From Bacteroidota bacterium (GTDB lineage: Bacteria > Bacteroidota > Bacteroidia > Bacteroidales > FEN-979), in NCBI GenBank assembly GCA_026391795.1, contig JAPLDI010000007.1:96940-160939 (forward strand): a stretch of 64,000 nucleotides of DNA, given 5' to 3'. A model generated the notes under the pieces. That model saw only the letters and a list, made by a program, of their open reading frames with translations. It did no database searches and was not told the DNA's origin. Every line of letters begins with the position of its first letter. Within the stretch, counting starts at the first letter, position 1. Positions 27,265-37,285 of this stretch are shown in pieces. The position numbers and the translations under genes were made by a program.

Positions 27265-30200
27265 TTATTTTCTCACTTTCACCGGGTAAGGCGGCTGAAC
27301 TGGCTTTTCCGGAGGATTTGCTTTCAGTTCCTCCAGCACTACCTGGATGGCTTTTTCCAGCTGGGGGTCTTTACCTGCCGCTACTTCTGCCGGGAGTTGT
27401 TCCACCTCGATATCAGGAGCGATGCCCTCGTTTTCGATCCGCCATCCGTCTTTGTTCCAGAAAGCCACGTTCGGGGCAGTGATAAATCCCCCGTCCATCA
27501 GCCCGGGAAAGTTGAGGATGCCGACCAGTCCGCCCCAGGTTCTCTTTCCGATGAGCGTACCCAGCTTCAGTTGCCGGAACGACCATGGCAGGTAATCCCC
27601 GCCGCTGCCGGCATATTCGTTGATCAGCATCACCTTGGGACCCTGGATGGAGGCATGAGGAGCTTTGATGTCATCGCCATAGCGTGTTGCCCAGTAATTG
27701 AGGTAAGGCCGGCGAAGAATATCAACGATATAATCGGCCAGTGATCCTCCTCCGTTGAACCGCTCATCGATGATGATCGCGTCCCTGTCGGATTGGGGAA
27801 AGAAATATCGCTTGAAATAATCGTGACCTGCATTTGCCGTATTCGGAACATACACATAGGCAACCCTCCCGTTGGTGGCAGAAGTCACTTTTTTCAGATT
27901 GTCTTCCACCCAATATCTGTTCCTGAGATCCCCCTCGCTTTCAATGGGAACCACCTTGACCACCCGTGCATCTTTTCCATCAGGATCCGGACTGACCCTG
28001 ATGTCGGTAAGCTTGCCTGCGGAATTCTCAAAAAGGCTGTAAACACTAACGGGTGCCTTAAGGTCAACTCCGTTGACCGCCAGCAGGTATTCTCCCTCTT
28101 TTACATCCACCCCGGGTTCCGTCAGCGGCGACCTCAGTTCGGGAGTCCAGTTCAGTCCGCCATAAATCTTGGTGAAACGGTAACGCCCGTTTTCCACCGA
28201 ATAGTCAGCCCCAAGCAGTCCCACCGGGACGGTTTTCGCCGTTCTGAATTGTTCCCCGCCAAAAGTATAGGAATGTCCGACCGAAAGCTCGCTGCAAAGC
28301 CAGCGTGTAAGCCTTGTAAAATCATCACGGCAGGAGAGGAAGGGCAGGAATTGCTCATACCTGGCCTTCATGGCAGGCCAATCCGCTCCATGCATTCCAG
28401 GGTCATAGAAATAATCCCTGTTGATACGCCAGATGTCTTCATACATTTGCCTCCACTCGGCAGGAGGATCGATGCGTATCTGGGCAGCCTCCAGGTTCAG
28501 TCCCCCTTTTCCCGCTTCGATCTTATCGCCGGTCTTCGTCAGGAACCAGGCATCGTTCAAAGCATAGAGGATCTTGCTCTTGTCAAAGGAGACCACATAC
28601 CCGTTCAGGGCATCCAGCACTACATTATCTTTTTTTGATTCCAGGCTGAAGGTATGAAGCTTCCCGGGACCGTTCCCATCGGGGGAAGGATTCTCAAAGA
28701 AATAGATCTGTTTTTCAGGACCCGCGGATAAACCTGAATAAACACCGGCAGGAACCGGAAGGGCCAGGATCCTGTCGGAAAGGTGCTCAGTGTCGACAAC
28801 TGTTTTTGCAGCAGCTGCAGTGTCTTCCTTTGCCTTGTCCTTGTCCTTCTTTTTGTTTTTGTCTTTTTCTTTTTCCTTATCTGCATCCTTGGATTTTTCT
28901 TCGGTTCCTTTCTCTTCATCACTCTCTTTCAGCAAGGGATTCGGGGAGGTTTTATCCAGGACAGCGATGTACAGGGAGTTTTTCATGCGCATATCCTGCG
29001 ACGAAAGGTCGAACCACTGGCGCACCGGGCCGGCATCGGTCGAACCAAAGAAATAAAGGTACTTGCCGCTTTTATCAAAAACCGGTTCGGAACAGTCGCT
29101 TAACCCATCCGTAACGGGATAGGACTTATCCTGATCAAGTGAATAAAGGTAAACCCGGAGAATATTTGTGGGCGTTATCATCCCATATGTTATCCATCTT
29201 GAGTCGGGCGACCAGTCGGGGATCGTCGCACCAAAGATGTCATAGATCGGTTCAGTGGCAATCTTTTTGATTTTTTCTGATGCGAGATCGATCCAGTACA
29301 GATTAAAACCGTTATCGGTATAGCTTATCATTTTGCTGTCGGGCGACCAGGTGGGATTGTAGTAGAACCCTTTCCCGTTCAGCGGGTAAGATTTTGATTT
29401 ACCTTCAGAACCCAGTTCGGTAACTACGAGCTGATATTCGCCGGAAGCATCGGAAAACCAGGCCATCTTTTTTCCGTCGGGCGACCAGGCGGGACTCCGT
29501 TCATATACCCCGGGTGTGTTTGTAAGATTCCTGGGATCGCCTTTTTCACCGGGCACCGTGACGATGTCTCCCCTTGCTTCAAAGACAGCCCGGGCTCCGC
29601 TGGGGGAGATATTTGAATAATGAATGTTTTTTGCGGCGGATACAAACCGGGGACGGAGGTTCGGCAGATCGGCCGGCACATGAATATGAAGTTGCTTTGA
29701 TGCATTGGTTGACAGGTCAAAAAGGTGCAGGTATCCGGCCTGTTCAAAAATGATCCGTCCGGCGCCGTACCCGGCTGAATTAATCGGGAAATCGCTGAAA
29801 CGGGTCAGCTGTTTAATCTCCGTCGACCGGGTATCGTAGGAGAACAGGTTAAATTCACCATTCCGGTCGGAGAGAAAATAAACATAGTCGCCGATCCACA
29901 TTGGCCGCCAGTCATTGCACCCGCCTTCCGGTTGAGGGATCTTCACAACGGCAAGATCCGGGAGGTTGCAGATCCAGATGAATGAGATCCTTCCGCCGCG
30001 GTAGTTTTTCCATTGCTGAAAAGCATTGTAATACGGATTGTAGGCGATCTTCTTCCCGTCGGGAGAGAAACTGCCATAGACTCCGTTCAGCTTGTGCAGT
30101 TTCTCCGGGAAACCGCCGGTCAGCGGGACAAGGTAAAATTTCGGCAACCCTCCGCTGAATGACTCCCGTGTGGAAGAGAAAAGCACTGATTTCCCATCCG

Positions 30201-30555
30201 GCGAAAATCCCCTTGCAAGATCCGCGTCGGGATGCCAGGTAAGGCGTGTGGGAACTCCTCCTTCAACAGGGATGGTAAAAACATCCATATTGCCGTCGTA
30301 CTGACCCGTAAAAGCGATGATCTTTCCGTCGGGTGAGAAATTCGGGGAAAATTCACCACCCTCCCCGGATGTGAGTCTCGTTACGTTTGATCCGTCCAGG
30401 CCTGCAACCCAGAGGTCGTTGGCATAAACAAAAGCGATATGGGAGTTGCTGACCGACGGGTCAGTCATCATGCGGGATTCACCCGGGTTCTGTGCCCCGG
30501 TCATCAATCCTGAGAACAGGAGTAAGGTCATTATAAGATACTGCAGGGTTTTCAT
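27265..30555 (-). CDS. Tricorn protease (S41 family)
   Basis: PD40/WD40-like propellers, RINRDYFYDP.MHG.DW, SVGHSY (His), PDZ domain, DERFNGGG, GSGGDY (Ser), GKRTWGG. Confidence 0.95.
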   Translation of the reverse strand: MKTLQYLIMTLLLFSGLMTGAQNPGESRMMTDPSVSNSHIAFVYANDLWVAGLDGSNVTRLTSGEGGEFSPNFSPDGKIIAFTGQYDGNMDVFTIPVEGGVPTRLTWHPDADLARGFSPDGKSVLFSSTRESFSGGLPKFYLVPLTGGFPEKLHKLNGVYGSFSPDGKKIAYNPYYNAFQQWKNYRGGRISFIWICNLPDLAVVKIPQPEGGCNDWRPMWIGDYVYFLSDRNGEFNLFSYDTRSTEIKQLTRFSDFPINSAGYGAGRIIFEQAGYLHLFDLSTNASKQLHIHVPADLPNLRPRFVSAAKNIHYSNISPSGARAVFEARGDIVTVPGEKGDPRNLTNTPGVYERSPAWSPDGKKMAWFSDASGEYQLVVTELGSEGKSKSYPLNGKGFYYNPTWSPDSKMISYTDNGFNLYWIDLASEKIKKIATEPIYDIFGATIPDWSPDSRWITYGMITPTNILRVYLYSLDQDKSYPVTDGLSDCSEPVFDKSGKYLYFFGSTDAGPVRQWFDLSSQDMRMKNSLYIAVLDKTSPNPLLKESDEEKGTEEKSKDADKEKEKDKNKKKDKDKAKEDTAAAAKTVVDTEHLSDRILALPVPAGVYSGLSAGPEKQIYFFENPSPDGNGPGKLHTFSLESKKDNVVLDALNGYVVSFDKSKILYALNDAWFLTKTGDKIEAGKGGLNLEAAQIRIDPPAEWRQMYEDIWRINRDYFYDPGMHGADWPAMKARYEQFLPFLSCRDDFTRLTRWLCSELSVGHSYTFGGEQFRTAKTVPVGLLGADYSVENGRYRFTKIYGGLNWTPELRSPLTEPGVDVKEGEYLLAVNGVDLKAPVSVYSLFENSAGKLTDIRVSPDPDGKDARVVKVVPIESEGDLRNRYWVEDNLKKVTSATNGRVAYVYVPNTANAGHDYFKRYFFPQSDRDAIIIDERFNGGGSLADYIVDILRRPYLNYWATRYGDDIKAPHASIQGPKVMLINEYAGSGGDYLPWSFRQLKLGTLIGKRTWGGLVGILNFPGLMDGGFITAPNVAFWNKDGWRIENEGIAPDIEVEQLPAEVAAGKDPQLEKAIQVVLEELKANPPEKPVQPPYPVKVRK

Positions 30556-30893
30556 AGTTGCTGTTTTTTATTCAGAACAAATATAATTACATCCTTTAAA
30601 AAATTAATAACAAATCGGCAAACTCATTTCTCTGTTCAATAAGATCTCAGAATTATTTTCTGGGGCAATTTGTCACCCCGAGTTTGTGAAGTCCTTTAGT
30701 ACTTGCTACTTCCCTTCTTTTTCATAAAAGTCAACTGCCGTTCCAAAAAAAATGTATGCCTATGTGGAATATTTCTAAATAACGGAAGTATCTTTGTCCC
30801 GCCCCTGCATAAATCAGGAATGTATAAAACAAATAAAAAACCTTCATTCTGAATACTAAACAAAAGTCAATATTTCATTCAAAAACAAATGTC

Positions 30894-32405
30894 ATGCTAA
30901 CTTCTCAGACAATCCATAACAAACCGGTTTCAAATATTGATTTCTTCAAACCAAGCCTATGGGCCCTTATTCTTTTGATACTCCTTACCCAAGCTTGTAA
31001 AAAATCATCGGATACAACACCGGCACCTGTTACATTGCCAGTCCTGTCCACAACTGCTGTAACCGATATCTCATCGACCGGAGCAACCAGCGGAGGAAAT
31101 ATAACCAGCGAGGGCAGCTCTCCGGTCACTTCCCGGGGAGTTGTATGGGGAACAAGCAGCAACCCAACCATCGTTCTTCCAACCAAAACCTCTGATGGAT
31201 CAGGAAGTGGAATCTTTACCAGCAATCTGACAGGTTTGACATCGGGTGCCAGATATTATGTAAGAGCTTATGCCACGAGCAGTTCCGGGACAGCCTATGG
31301 AAATGAGCAAACATTTACCGCCACTGCTATTGTTCAGAATGATATTCCGGTTCTTGATGGCAAGATTGCAGCGTTCATGAGTACATACAATATACCCGGT
31401 GCCTCGCTGGCCGTGAGTAAAAATGGCAAATTGGTGTATATGAAGGGATACGGTTTTGCCGATCAGGGTGCCAGTACATATGTCACACCGGCTTACCGGT
31501 TCCGGCTGGCAAGTGTAACCAAGACTTACACGGGAGTTGCCATTATGAAATTGTTTCAGGAAGGAAAACTCGATCTGGATGGAAAAGTATTCGGCGCCGG
31601 ATCAATATTGGGTACAGATTTCGGGACGCCTCCTTATAACCCGAACCTGACGGCAATCACTGTACGCATGCTGTTGCAGCATATTACAGGAGCCTGGGGT
31701 GCTGCAACCGGTGGTGATGTTATCGACCAGAACCCGGCCTTTACTAACAAACAACAACTTGACTGGATCATTGACACGCGGCCCATGCCTGATGCGCCCG
31801 GGTCTGTTTTTGATTATAGCAATATCAACTATTTCATCCTGGGGCGTATCATTGAAAAAATTACCGGACAGACATATTATGACTATATCCATAGCATCAT
31901 GACCCTTATTGGTGCGACCGACACTGAAGCTGCCGACAAAACCCTGGCGGAAAGAAAACCACTTGAAGTGGTTTACTATGGTCAGGGGACTGATGCTCCC
32001 TATGTTTATAACATTGCATTTCCGCGAAGAGATGCGGATGCAGGGTTAATCGCAACTGCAAAAGATCTATTAAAACTCATAACGGCCGTGGATGGATTCA
32101 ATACCCGCCCGGATATCCTGAATGCATCTACAATAACTCAGTTTATTACCCCGTCATCGGTCTTTTCGGGTTATGCATGCGGGATTGGCATCTGGAGTGC
32201 CCAGAATCTCTGGTTTAACGATGGTTCCCTGCCCGGAACCCGGAGCTGGTTTATGCGTCATGATAATGGAATGTGTGTGGCAATTTTATTGAATTCGAGG
32301 CCGGATGTTGATCCCGGTAACGCATTTGCCTACGCTTTTCAGGCGCTGGAACTTGATATTGTCACAAACGCCTCTTATTCCTGGCAGGATATCGACCAGT
32401 TTTAG
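30894..32405 (+). CDS. Lipoprotein with FN3-like domain and serine hydrolase (beta-lactamase-like, S12) domain
   Basis: Lipobox TQAC-KK, YYVRAYA..GTAYG FN3-like module, SxxK (ASVTK), YSN. Confidence 0.85.
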   Translation: MLTSQTIHNKPVSNIDFFKPSLWALILLILLTQACKKSSDTTPAPVTLPVLSTTAVTDISSTGATSGGNITSEGSSPVTSRGVVWGTSSNPTIVLPTKTSDGSGSGIFTSNLTGLTSGARYYVRAYATSSSGTAYGNEQTFTATAIVQNDIPVLDGKIAAFMSTYNIPGASLAVSKNGKLVYMKGYGFADQGASTYVTPAYRFRLASVTKTYTGVAIMKLFQEGKLDLDGKVFGAGSILGTDFGTPPYNPNLTAITVRMLLQHITGAWGAATGGDVIDQNPAFTNKQQLDWIIDTRPMPDAPGSVFDYSNINYFILGRIIEKITGQTYYDYIHSIMTLIGATDTEAADKTLAERKPLEVVYYGQGTDAPYVYNIAFPRRDADAGLIATAKDLLKLITAVDGFNTRPDILNASTITQFITPSSVFSGYACGIGIWSAQNLWFNDGSLPGTRSWFMRHDNGMCVAILLNSRPDVDPGNAFAYAFQALELDIVTNASYSWQDIDQF

Positions 32406-32432
32406 GATTATTGTTTCTGTTAGTCCTTCGTG

Positions 32433-32465
32433 AATCACGGGTATGAACCCAAGGGCAAACCCGTG
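32433..32465. repeat. REP-like intergenic palindrome, copy A
   Basis: AATCACGGGTATGAACCCAAGGGCAAACCCGTG, near-identical to 41498-41530; CACGGGT/ACCCGTG stem. Confidence 0.65.
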
Positions 32466-32513
32466 TCCTGCCCTGTCCACTTCCACATAAGGAAAAGGAA
32501 TGAAGGGGATGAG

Positions 32514-32534
32514 GTGAATAGTCAATAGTGAATA
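32514..32534 (+). repeat. Short heptamer tandem repeat
   Basis: GTGAATA GTCAATA GTGAATA. Confidence 0.5.
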
Positions 32535-32722
32535 CAGCTCCTTCAGAGAAATCCTATATTGAGATTATGACAAGATGAGTTTTCATCATGCCACCTGTGA
32601 AAAGTTTCTTACATTTTTTTGTAATATTGTATCTGTTCTACAGCAGGATAAAGGAAGGGGTGGAATTTGAAGATCCTTCATTGGCATCCCTGTCAAATAA
32701 AATAACCGACAAGGACAACGAT

Positions 32723-33112
32723 ATGAACATGATTAAAAAAACGATTTTACCTGTTATCCTGGCAACAGCCTGGATCAGCCTCTCTGAATTTGTGCGAAAT
32801 GAATTCCTGGTAAAATCGTTCTGGACAGACCATTACAAGGCACTTGGGCTTACCTTCCCTTCAGCACCCATAAACGGGGCGCTATGGGGTGTATGGTCGC
32901 TTTTTTTTGCGGTGGCAATATTTATTCTTGCAAAAAAATTCACCCTGATCCAGACCACATTTCTTTCCTGGTTTGTCGGGTTTGTCCTGATGTGGGTTGT
33001 CATTGGCAACCTGGCTGTTCTGCCATACGGCCTTTTGGTGTATGCTATCCCACTAAGTATCCTTGAATCATTCATTGCCGCCTGGATCATCAAATACTTC
33101 CAGGGTAAATAA
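32723..33112 (+). CDS. Hypothetical 4-TM membrane protein
   Basis: Hydrophobic ORF with WIS.SEF.RNE motif; start moved to MNMIKK at 32723. Confidence 0.7.
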   Translation: MNMIKKTILPVILATAWISLSEFVRNEFLVKSFWTDHYKALGLTFPSAPINGALWGVWSLFFAVAIFILAKKFTLIQTTFLSWFVGFVLMWVVIGNLAVLPYGLLVYAIPLSILESFIAAWIIKYFQGK

Positions 33113-33208
33113 AATCCATCAGAACATGTACGTTCTCATCGCCATCTTTATCCTTGATGTTGTTGCTATAATGGTTTATCATGTTGCAGGCAATAAAAAT
33201 TATTCCCC

Positions 33209-33808
33209 ATGAAAAAAACCTTTTTCATCCTGTTCATCTCCGTCGGGTTATCTGCCTGTTCAGACAAAGAGGTCAGGCTCCGGGATTTTCCAATCACGCG
33301 GCAGGCTTTCGAATACAGCTGCGGCCCTTCTGCAGTCCAGGCCGTCATGGCCTATTACGGAGAAGAATTCCGGGAATCAGAATTACTCCCGCTATTGAAA
33401 ACAGGAAAAGATGACGGGACCTATACCAAAGATATCGTTAAATTTCTTCATTACCAGGGGTTATCGACACAGTTAAAATACGGGATGACGACGGAGGAAC
33501 TGTTCCGTTTCATTGATAAAAATATCCCTGTTATTGTACTGATCCAGGCATGGGGCAGCGAGGAAAACTTTAAGAACAATTATAAAGAGTGCTGGGACGA
33601 TGGCCATTTTGTTGTGGTAATCGGATATACAGACAAGAATGTGCTGATCAGCGACCCGGCGTTGTTTACGGAAGGCTTTATCCCTGTCGGGGAATTCAGG
33701 AACCGCTGGCATGACCTCGATGAAGGTCAAAAGACCTACCAGCTCGGGATTGCGGTTTATGGAAAGAAGCCAAACTTTGTTGAGGAGAAGATGGAACGGA
33801 TAAAATGA
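33209..33808 (+). CDS. C39-family cysteine peptidase, lipoprotein
   Basis: Lipobox LSAC; Q...YSCGPSA (Cys), GHFVV (His), DP (Asp). Confidence 0.85.
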   Translation: MKKTFFILFISVGLSACSDKEVRLRDFPITRQAFEYSCGPSAVQAVMAYYGEEFRESELLPLLKTGKDDGTYTKDIVKFLHYQGLSTQLKYGMTTEELFRFIDKNIPVIVLIQAWGSEENFKNNYKECWDDGHFVVVIGYTDKNVLISDPALFTEGFIPVGEFRNRWHDLDEGQKTYQLGIAVYGKKPNFVEEKMERIK

Positions 33809-33999
33809 AATGATCCATTCCTGTCCGCTTGCCCGGTTTTTTAAGGATGCCAGGTTTTGCCCTGTTAAGACCGGGCTCATGACTGCCGGGATCATGGATC
33901 CCGGATGCCCCCTGTAAATGTTAATATTTTTTAACTGAATTTTTTTTTACATAAAAAAAATTCAAAATATTTTTGTGCGATTTTTTTAAACCAGCAATT

Positions 34000-34932
34000 A
34001 TGGACGTACGTGTTGAAAACATTACCAAAACCTATGGATTTCAAAAGGCGGTCGACAATATCTCATTTAATGTGAATCAGGGGGAGATTGTTGGTTTCCT
34101 GGGGCCTAATGGTGCCGGGAAGACCACGACCATGAAGATCATCACCTGCTTCATGCCACCCAACGAAGGGGATGTCAAGGTGGGGGGTATTTCCATTCTG
34201 TCTAACCCGGAAAGGGTGAAGAAGCATATCGGTTATCTTCCTGAGACCAACCCTCTTTACAAGGAGATGCCGGTTGTTGATTACCTGAAATTTGTAGCCG
34301 AGATCCAGGGTGTTCCAAAAGGAAAAATCCGGGAAAGGATCCTTGAAATGATCCAGGTCTGCGGGCTCAGGGGAGAGAAGCACAAAAAGATCGGTGAGCT
34401 CTCAAAAGGATACCAGCAGCGGGTGGGACTTGCACAGGCCATGATCCATGATCCCGATGTGCTCATCCTCGATGAGCCGACCTCCGGTCTTGACCCGAAC
34501 CAGATCGTAGAGATCAGGGAACTGATCAAGAAGATCGGAAAGGAAAAAACGGTGATCCTCTCTTCCCATATTCTTGCAGAAGTGGAGGCCACGTGCGACC
34601 GTATCCTGATCGTAAGCGAAGGGAAGCTGGTTGCCGACGGAACGGCTTCCACACTCCGGAAACAGGCCCAGAACAAGGAAATTGTCAAAGTAACCATCGA
34701 AGACGGTGAACGCAATGAGGTTTTTCGGACATTGCAGAAACTGGAAACCGTCGAGCTTGTTGATCTGCTTCCAAATTACACCCAGGCATTTGAAGTGCAG
34801 AGCAAGGCAGATCGCTCCTCCCGGAGAGCTATCTTCAAGCTGTGTGTGGAAAAAGGCTGGACCCTGACCGAAATGACACCGGTGGAGAGGAAACTGGAAG
34901 AGGTGTTCAGGGATTTTACCGTCAACAATTAA
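34000..34932 (+). CDS. gldA: GldA-like ABC transporter ATP-binding protein
   Basis: GPNGAGKTT, LSKGYQQRVGLAQA, LDEPT; start at ATG 34000. Confidence 0.8.
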   Translation: MDVRVENITKTYGFQKAVDNISFNVNQGEIVGFLGPNGAGKTTTMKIITCFMPPNEGDVKVGGISILSNPERVKKHIGYLPETNPLYKEMPVVDYLKFVAEIQGVPKGKIRERILEMIQVCGLRGEKHKKIGELSKGYQQRVGLAQAMIHDPDVLILDEPTSGLDPNQIVEIRELIKKIGKEKTVILSSHILAEVEATCDRILIVSEGKLVADGTASTLRKQAQNKEIVKVTIEDGERNEVFRTLQKLETVELVDLLPNYTQAFEVQSKADRSSRRAIFKLCVEKGWTLTEMTPVERKLEEVFRDFTVNN

Positions 34933-34980
34933 TTTCTCACAAACCTAACAACAGAAAAGAATCTTTTTCAATCAAATCAT

Positions 34981-35706
34981 ATGGAAAAAATCTGGATAAT
35001 CACAAAACGCGAATTAAGGTCATTTTTCGATTCCCTGATGGCCTATGTCATGATCGTGCTCTTCCTGGGGTTCAGCGGGTTTTTCACCTGGATCTTCGGG
35101 AATGATGTGTTCATGGTGAACCAGGCAAGCCTTCAGTCCTTTTTCGGGATTGCATTCTGGACCCTTTTCTTTTTTATTCCGGCTGTTACAATGGGTCTCC
35201 TGGCCGATGAGCGAAAATCGGGCACACTGGAACTGCTCGTCACAAAGCCTGTCAGCGACTGGCAGATCATCCTCGGGAAATTCCTGGCCGCTTTCCTCCT
35301 GATCTGCATCACACTGGCACTGACCCTGCCCTATTATTTTACTGTCGCCTCCATCGGTAAAATCGATCATGGCGCAGTCTGGATGGGCTATCTCGGACTG
35401 CTGTTCATGAGCGCCTGTTATATCAGCATCGGCCTGTTTGCAAGCAGTGTGACCAATAACCAAATCGTTGCCTTCCTGATTGCCTTGTTCGCAGGGATTT
35501 TCTTTCATCTCATTTTCGGACTAGCCAGCAGTGGCTCGGGCGGATGGTTTTCCGGGATCCTCAACTTCCTAAGCCTGTCAACTCATTTTGAAAGCATGTC
35601 GCGGGGTGTGATTGATTCCAAAGACATCTTTTATTTCCTCTCTGTAATCCTGCTCGGACTTGTGGGCACGGAAATCATGTTATCAAAAAGAAATCTCTCA
35701 AATTAA
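34981..35706 (+). CDS. gldF: GldF-like ABC-2 permease
   Basis: RELRSFF.S..AY, E.KSGTLELL.TKP, GVIDSKD motifs. Confidence 0.8.
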   Translation: MEKIWIITKRELRSFFDSLMAYVMIVLFLGFSGFFTWIFGNDVFMVNQASLQSFFGIAFWTLFFFIPAVTMGLLADERKSGTLELLVTKPVSDWQIILGKFLAAFLLICITLALTLPYYFTVASIGKIDHGAVWMGYLGLLFMSACYISIGLFASSVTNNQIVAFLIALFAGIFFHLIFGLASSGSGGWFSGILNFLSLSTHFESMSRGVIDSKDIFYFLSVILLGLVGTEIMLSKRNLSN

Positions 35707-35740
35707 CCTCAGGGATCGAAACCCATAATCTTCCATCGTT

Positions 35741-37261
35741 ATGAAAAATAAAAAATCGATTCTCACCTATATCCTTTTATTCGCCGGAATTATTATCGTT
35801 GTCAATATCCTTTCAGACCGGTTTTTCCTTCGGCTTGATTTTACTGCGGATAAACGATATACCCTCAGCGAGGCGACCAAAGATATCCTGCATTCCCTGA
35901 ATCAGACCGTGACTGTAACGGCCTATTTCAGCGAAGAGATCCCTCCTGATTTTTCGAAGGTCCGCAGGGACTTTAAGGAAACCCTGATTGAGTATTCGAA
36001 CCGGTCAAAAGGCAATGTGGTTTTTGAATTCATCAATCCCAACAAGGATGAAGCTACTGAACAGAAAGCCATGCAGGAAGGCATCAATCCTGTGATGATC
36101 AATATGCGCGACAAAGACCAGGTGAAGCAGCAGAAAGCGTACATGGGTGCAGTTCTTCATTATGGCGACAAAAAGGAGGTGATCCCCTTCATTCAGCCCG
36201 GAGCGGCCATGGAATACAGCCTTTCAACCAGCATTAAAAAAATGACGGTTGACAATAAACGGAAAATAGGAGTTCTTACCGGGCACGGGGAGGCCTCCAT
36301 GAATTCCATGCCCCAGGTGATGCAGTCGCTTTCGGTTCTCTACGATGTGGAACCGGTCGACCTGAAAGATGCATCGCTGAAGCTCGAAAACTACAAGACA
36401 CTGATCATTGTCAGGCCGAAAGATACGATCCCGGATGACCAGCTGATGAAACTGGATCAGTACCTTTCCCTGGGAAAAAACATCTACATCGCCATGAACC
36501 GTGTAGACGGCAATTTTCAGAACCTGACAGGAACAGCAGTGAGTACAGGCCTTGAAAAATGGCTTGAGAAAAAAGGAGTGAAGGTGACTCCCGGTTTCAT
36601 CGTTGACCAGAATTGCGGGAGCATCATGGTAAATCAGCAGCAGGGTGTGATGACGTTCCAGTCGAGCCTTCGTTTCCCTTACCTGCCCCTGATCACTAAA
36701 TTTGCATCCACACCGGCTACCAAGGGGCTGAACTCCGTTCTCCTCCAGTTTGCAAGCCCGATTGAGTATACCTCTACCAGGAACGATGTCTCCTTTACTG
36801 TTCTGGCTTCAACGTCGGAAAAATCCGGAACCGAAAACCTGCCTGTCTCTTTCAACATCAACCGGAACTGGCAGGAAAAGGATTTCCCGTTGTCGGGCCT
36901 TACGGTGGCGGGAATCCTGTCGGGAAAGATCTCAGGCAACCTGACCTCGAAGATCATCGTGGTTTCCGATGGCGATTTTCCCATCAACGGGGAAGGACGC
37001 GAAGCCCGGCAGATACAACCCGACAACCTGAACTTTTTTGTCAATGCCATCGACTGGCTTTCGGATGATACCGGCTTGATTGATCTGCGGTCGAAGGAGG
37101 TGAATTCAAGGCCGATTGACCAGATGGAAGCAGGCAAAAAAGCTTTTCTGAAGTACCTGAACTTTTTACTTCCGCTGCTCCTTATCATCGGATACGGGTT
37201 TTTCCGCTGGCAGCAGCGGAGGAACCTGAGAATAAAAAGGATGAATGAAAATTACATCTGA
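35741..37261 (+). CDS. gldG: GldG-like ABC transporter auxiliary component
   Basis: RLDFTADKRYTLS.AT, GHGE, N..FFVNAIDWL; N- and C-terminal TMs. Confidence 0.8.
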   Translation: MKNKKSILTYILLFAGIIIVVNILSDRFFLRLDFTADKRYTLSEATKDILHSLNQTVTVTAYFSEEIPPDFSKVRRDFKETLIEYSNRSKGNVVFEFINPNKDEATEQKAMQEGINPVMINMRDKDQVKQQKAYMGAVLHYGDKKEVIPFIQPGAAMEYSLSTSIKKMTVDNKRKIGVLTGHGEASMNSMPQVMQSLSVLYDVEPVDLKDASLKLENYKTLIIVRPKDTIPDDQLMKLDQYLSLGKNIYIAMNRVDGNFQNLTGTAVSTGLEKWLEKKGVKVTPGFIVDQNCGSIMVNQQQGVMTFQSSLRFPYLPLITKFASTPATKGLNSVLLQFASPIEYTSTRNDVSFTVLASTSEKSGTENLPVSFNINRNWQEKDFPLSGLTVAGILSGKISGNLTSKIIVVSDGDFPINGEGREARQIQPDNLNFFVNAIDWLSDDTGLIDLRSKEVNSRPIDQMEAGKKAFLKYLNFLLPLLLIIGYGFFRWQQRRNLRIKRMNENYI

Positions 37262-37285
37262 TTCTGAAAGAACAATGTCGAACCT

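Noticed and set aside
26896-28638. Long plus-strand ORFs (282 and 281 aa)
   Set aside because: Antisense shadows of the tricorn and neighbouring genes, with no recognisable motifs
30894-32405. Beta-lactam resistance gene
   Set aside because: The SxxK/YxN fold is shared by many S12 peptidases and esterases; no class C KTG motif and no mobile context
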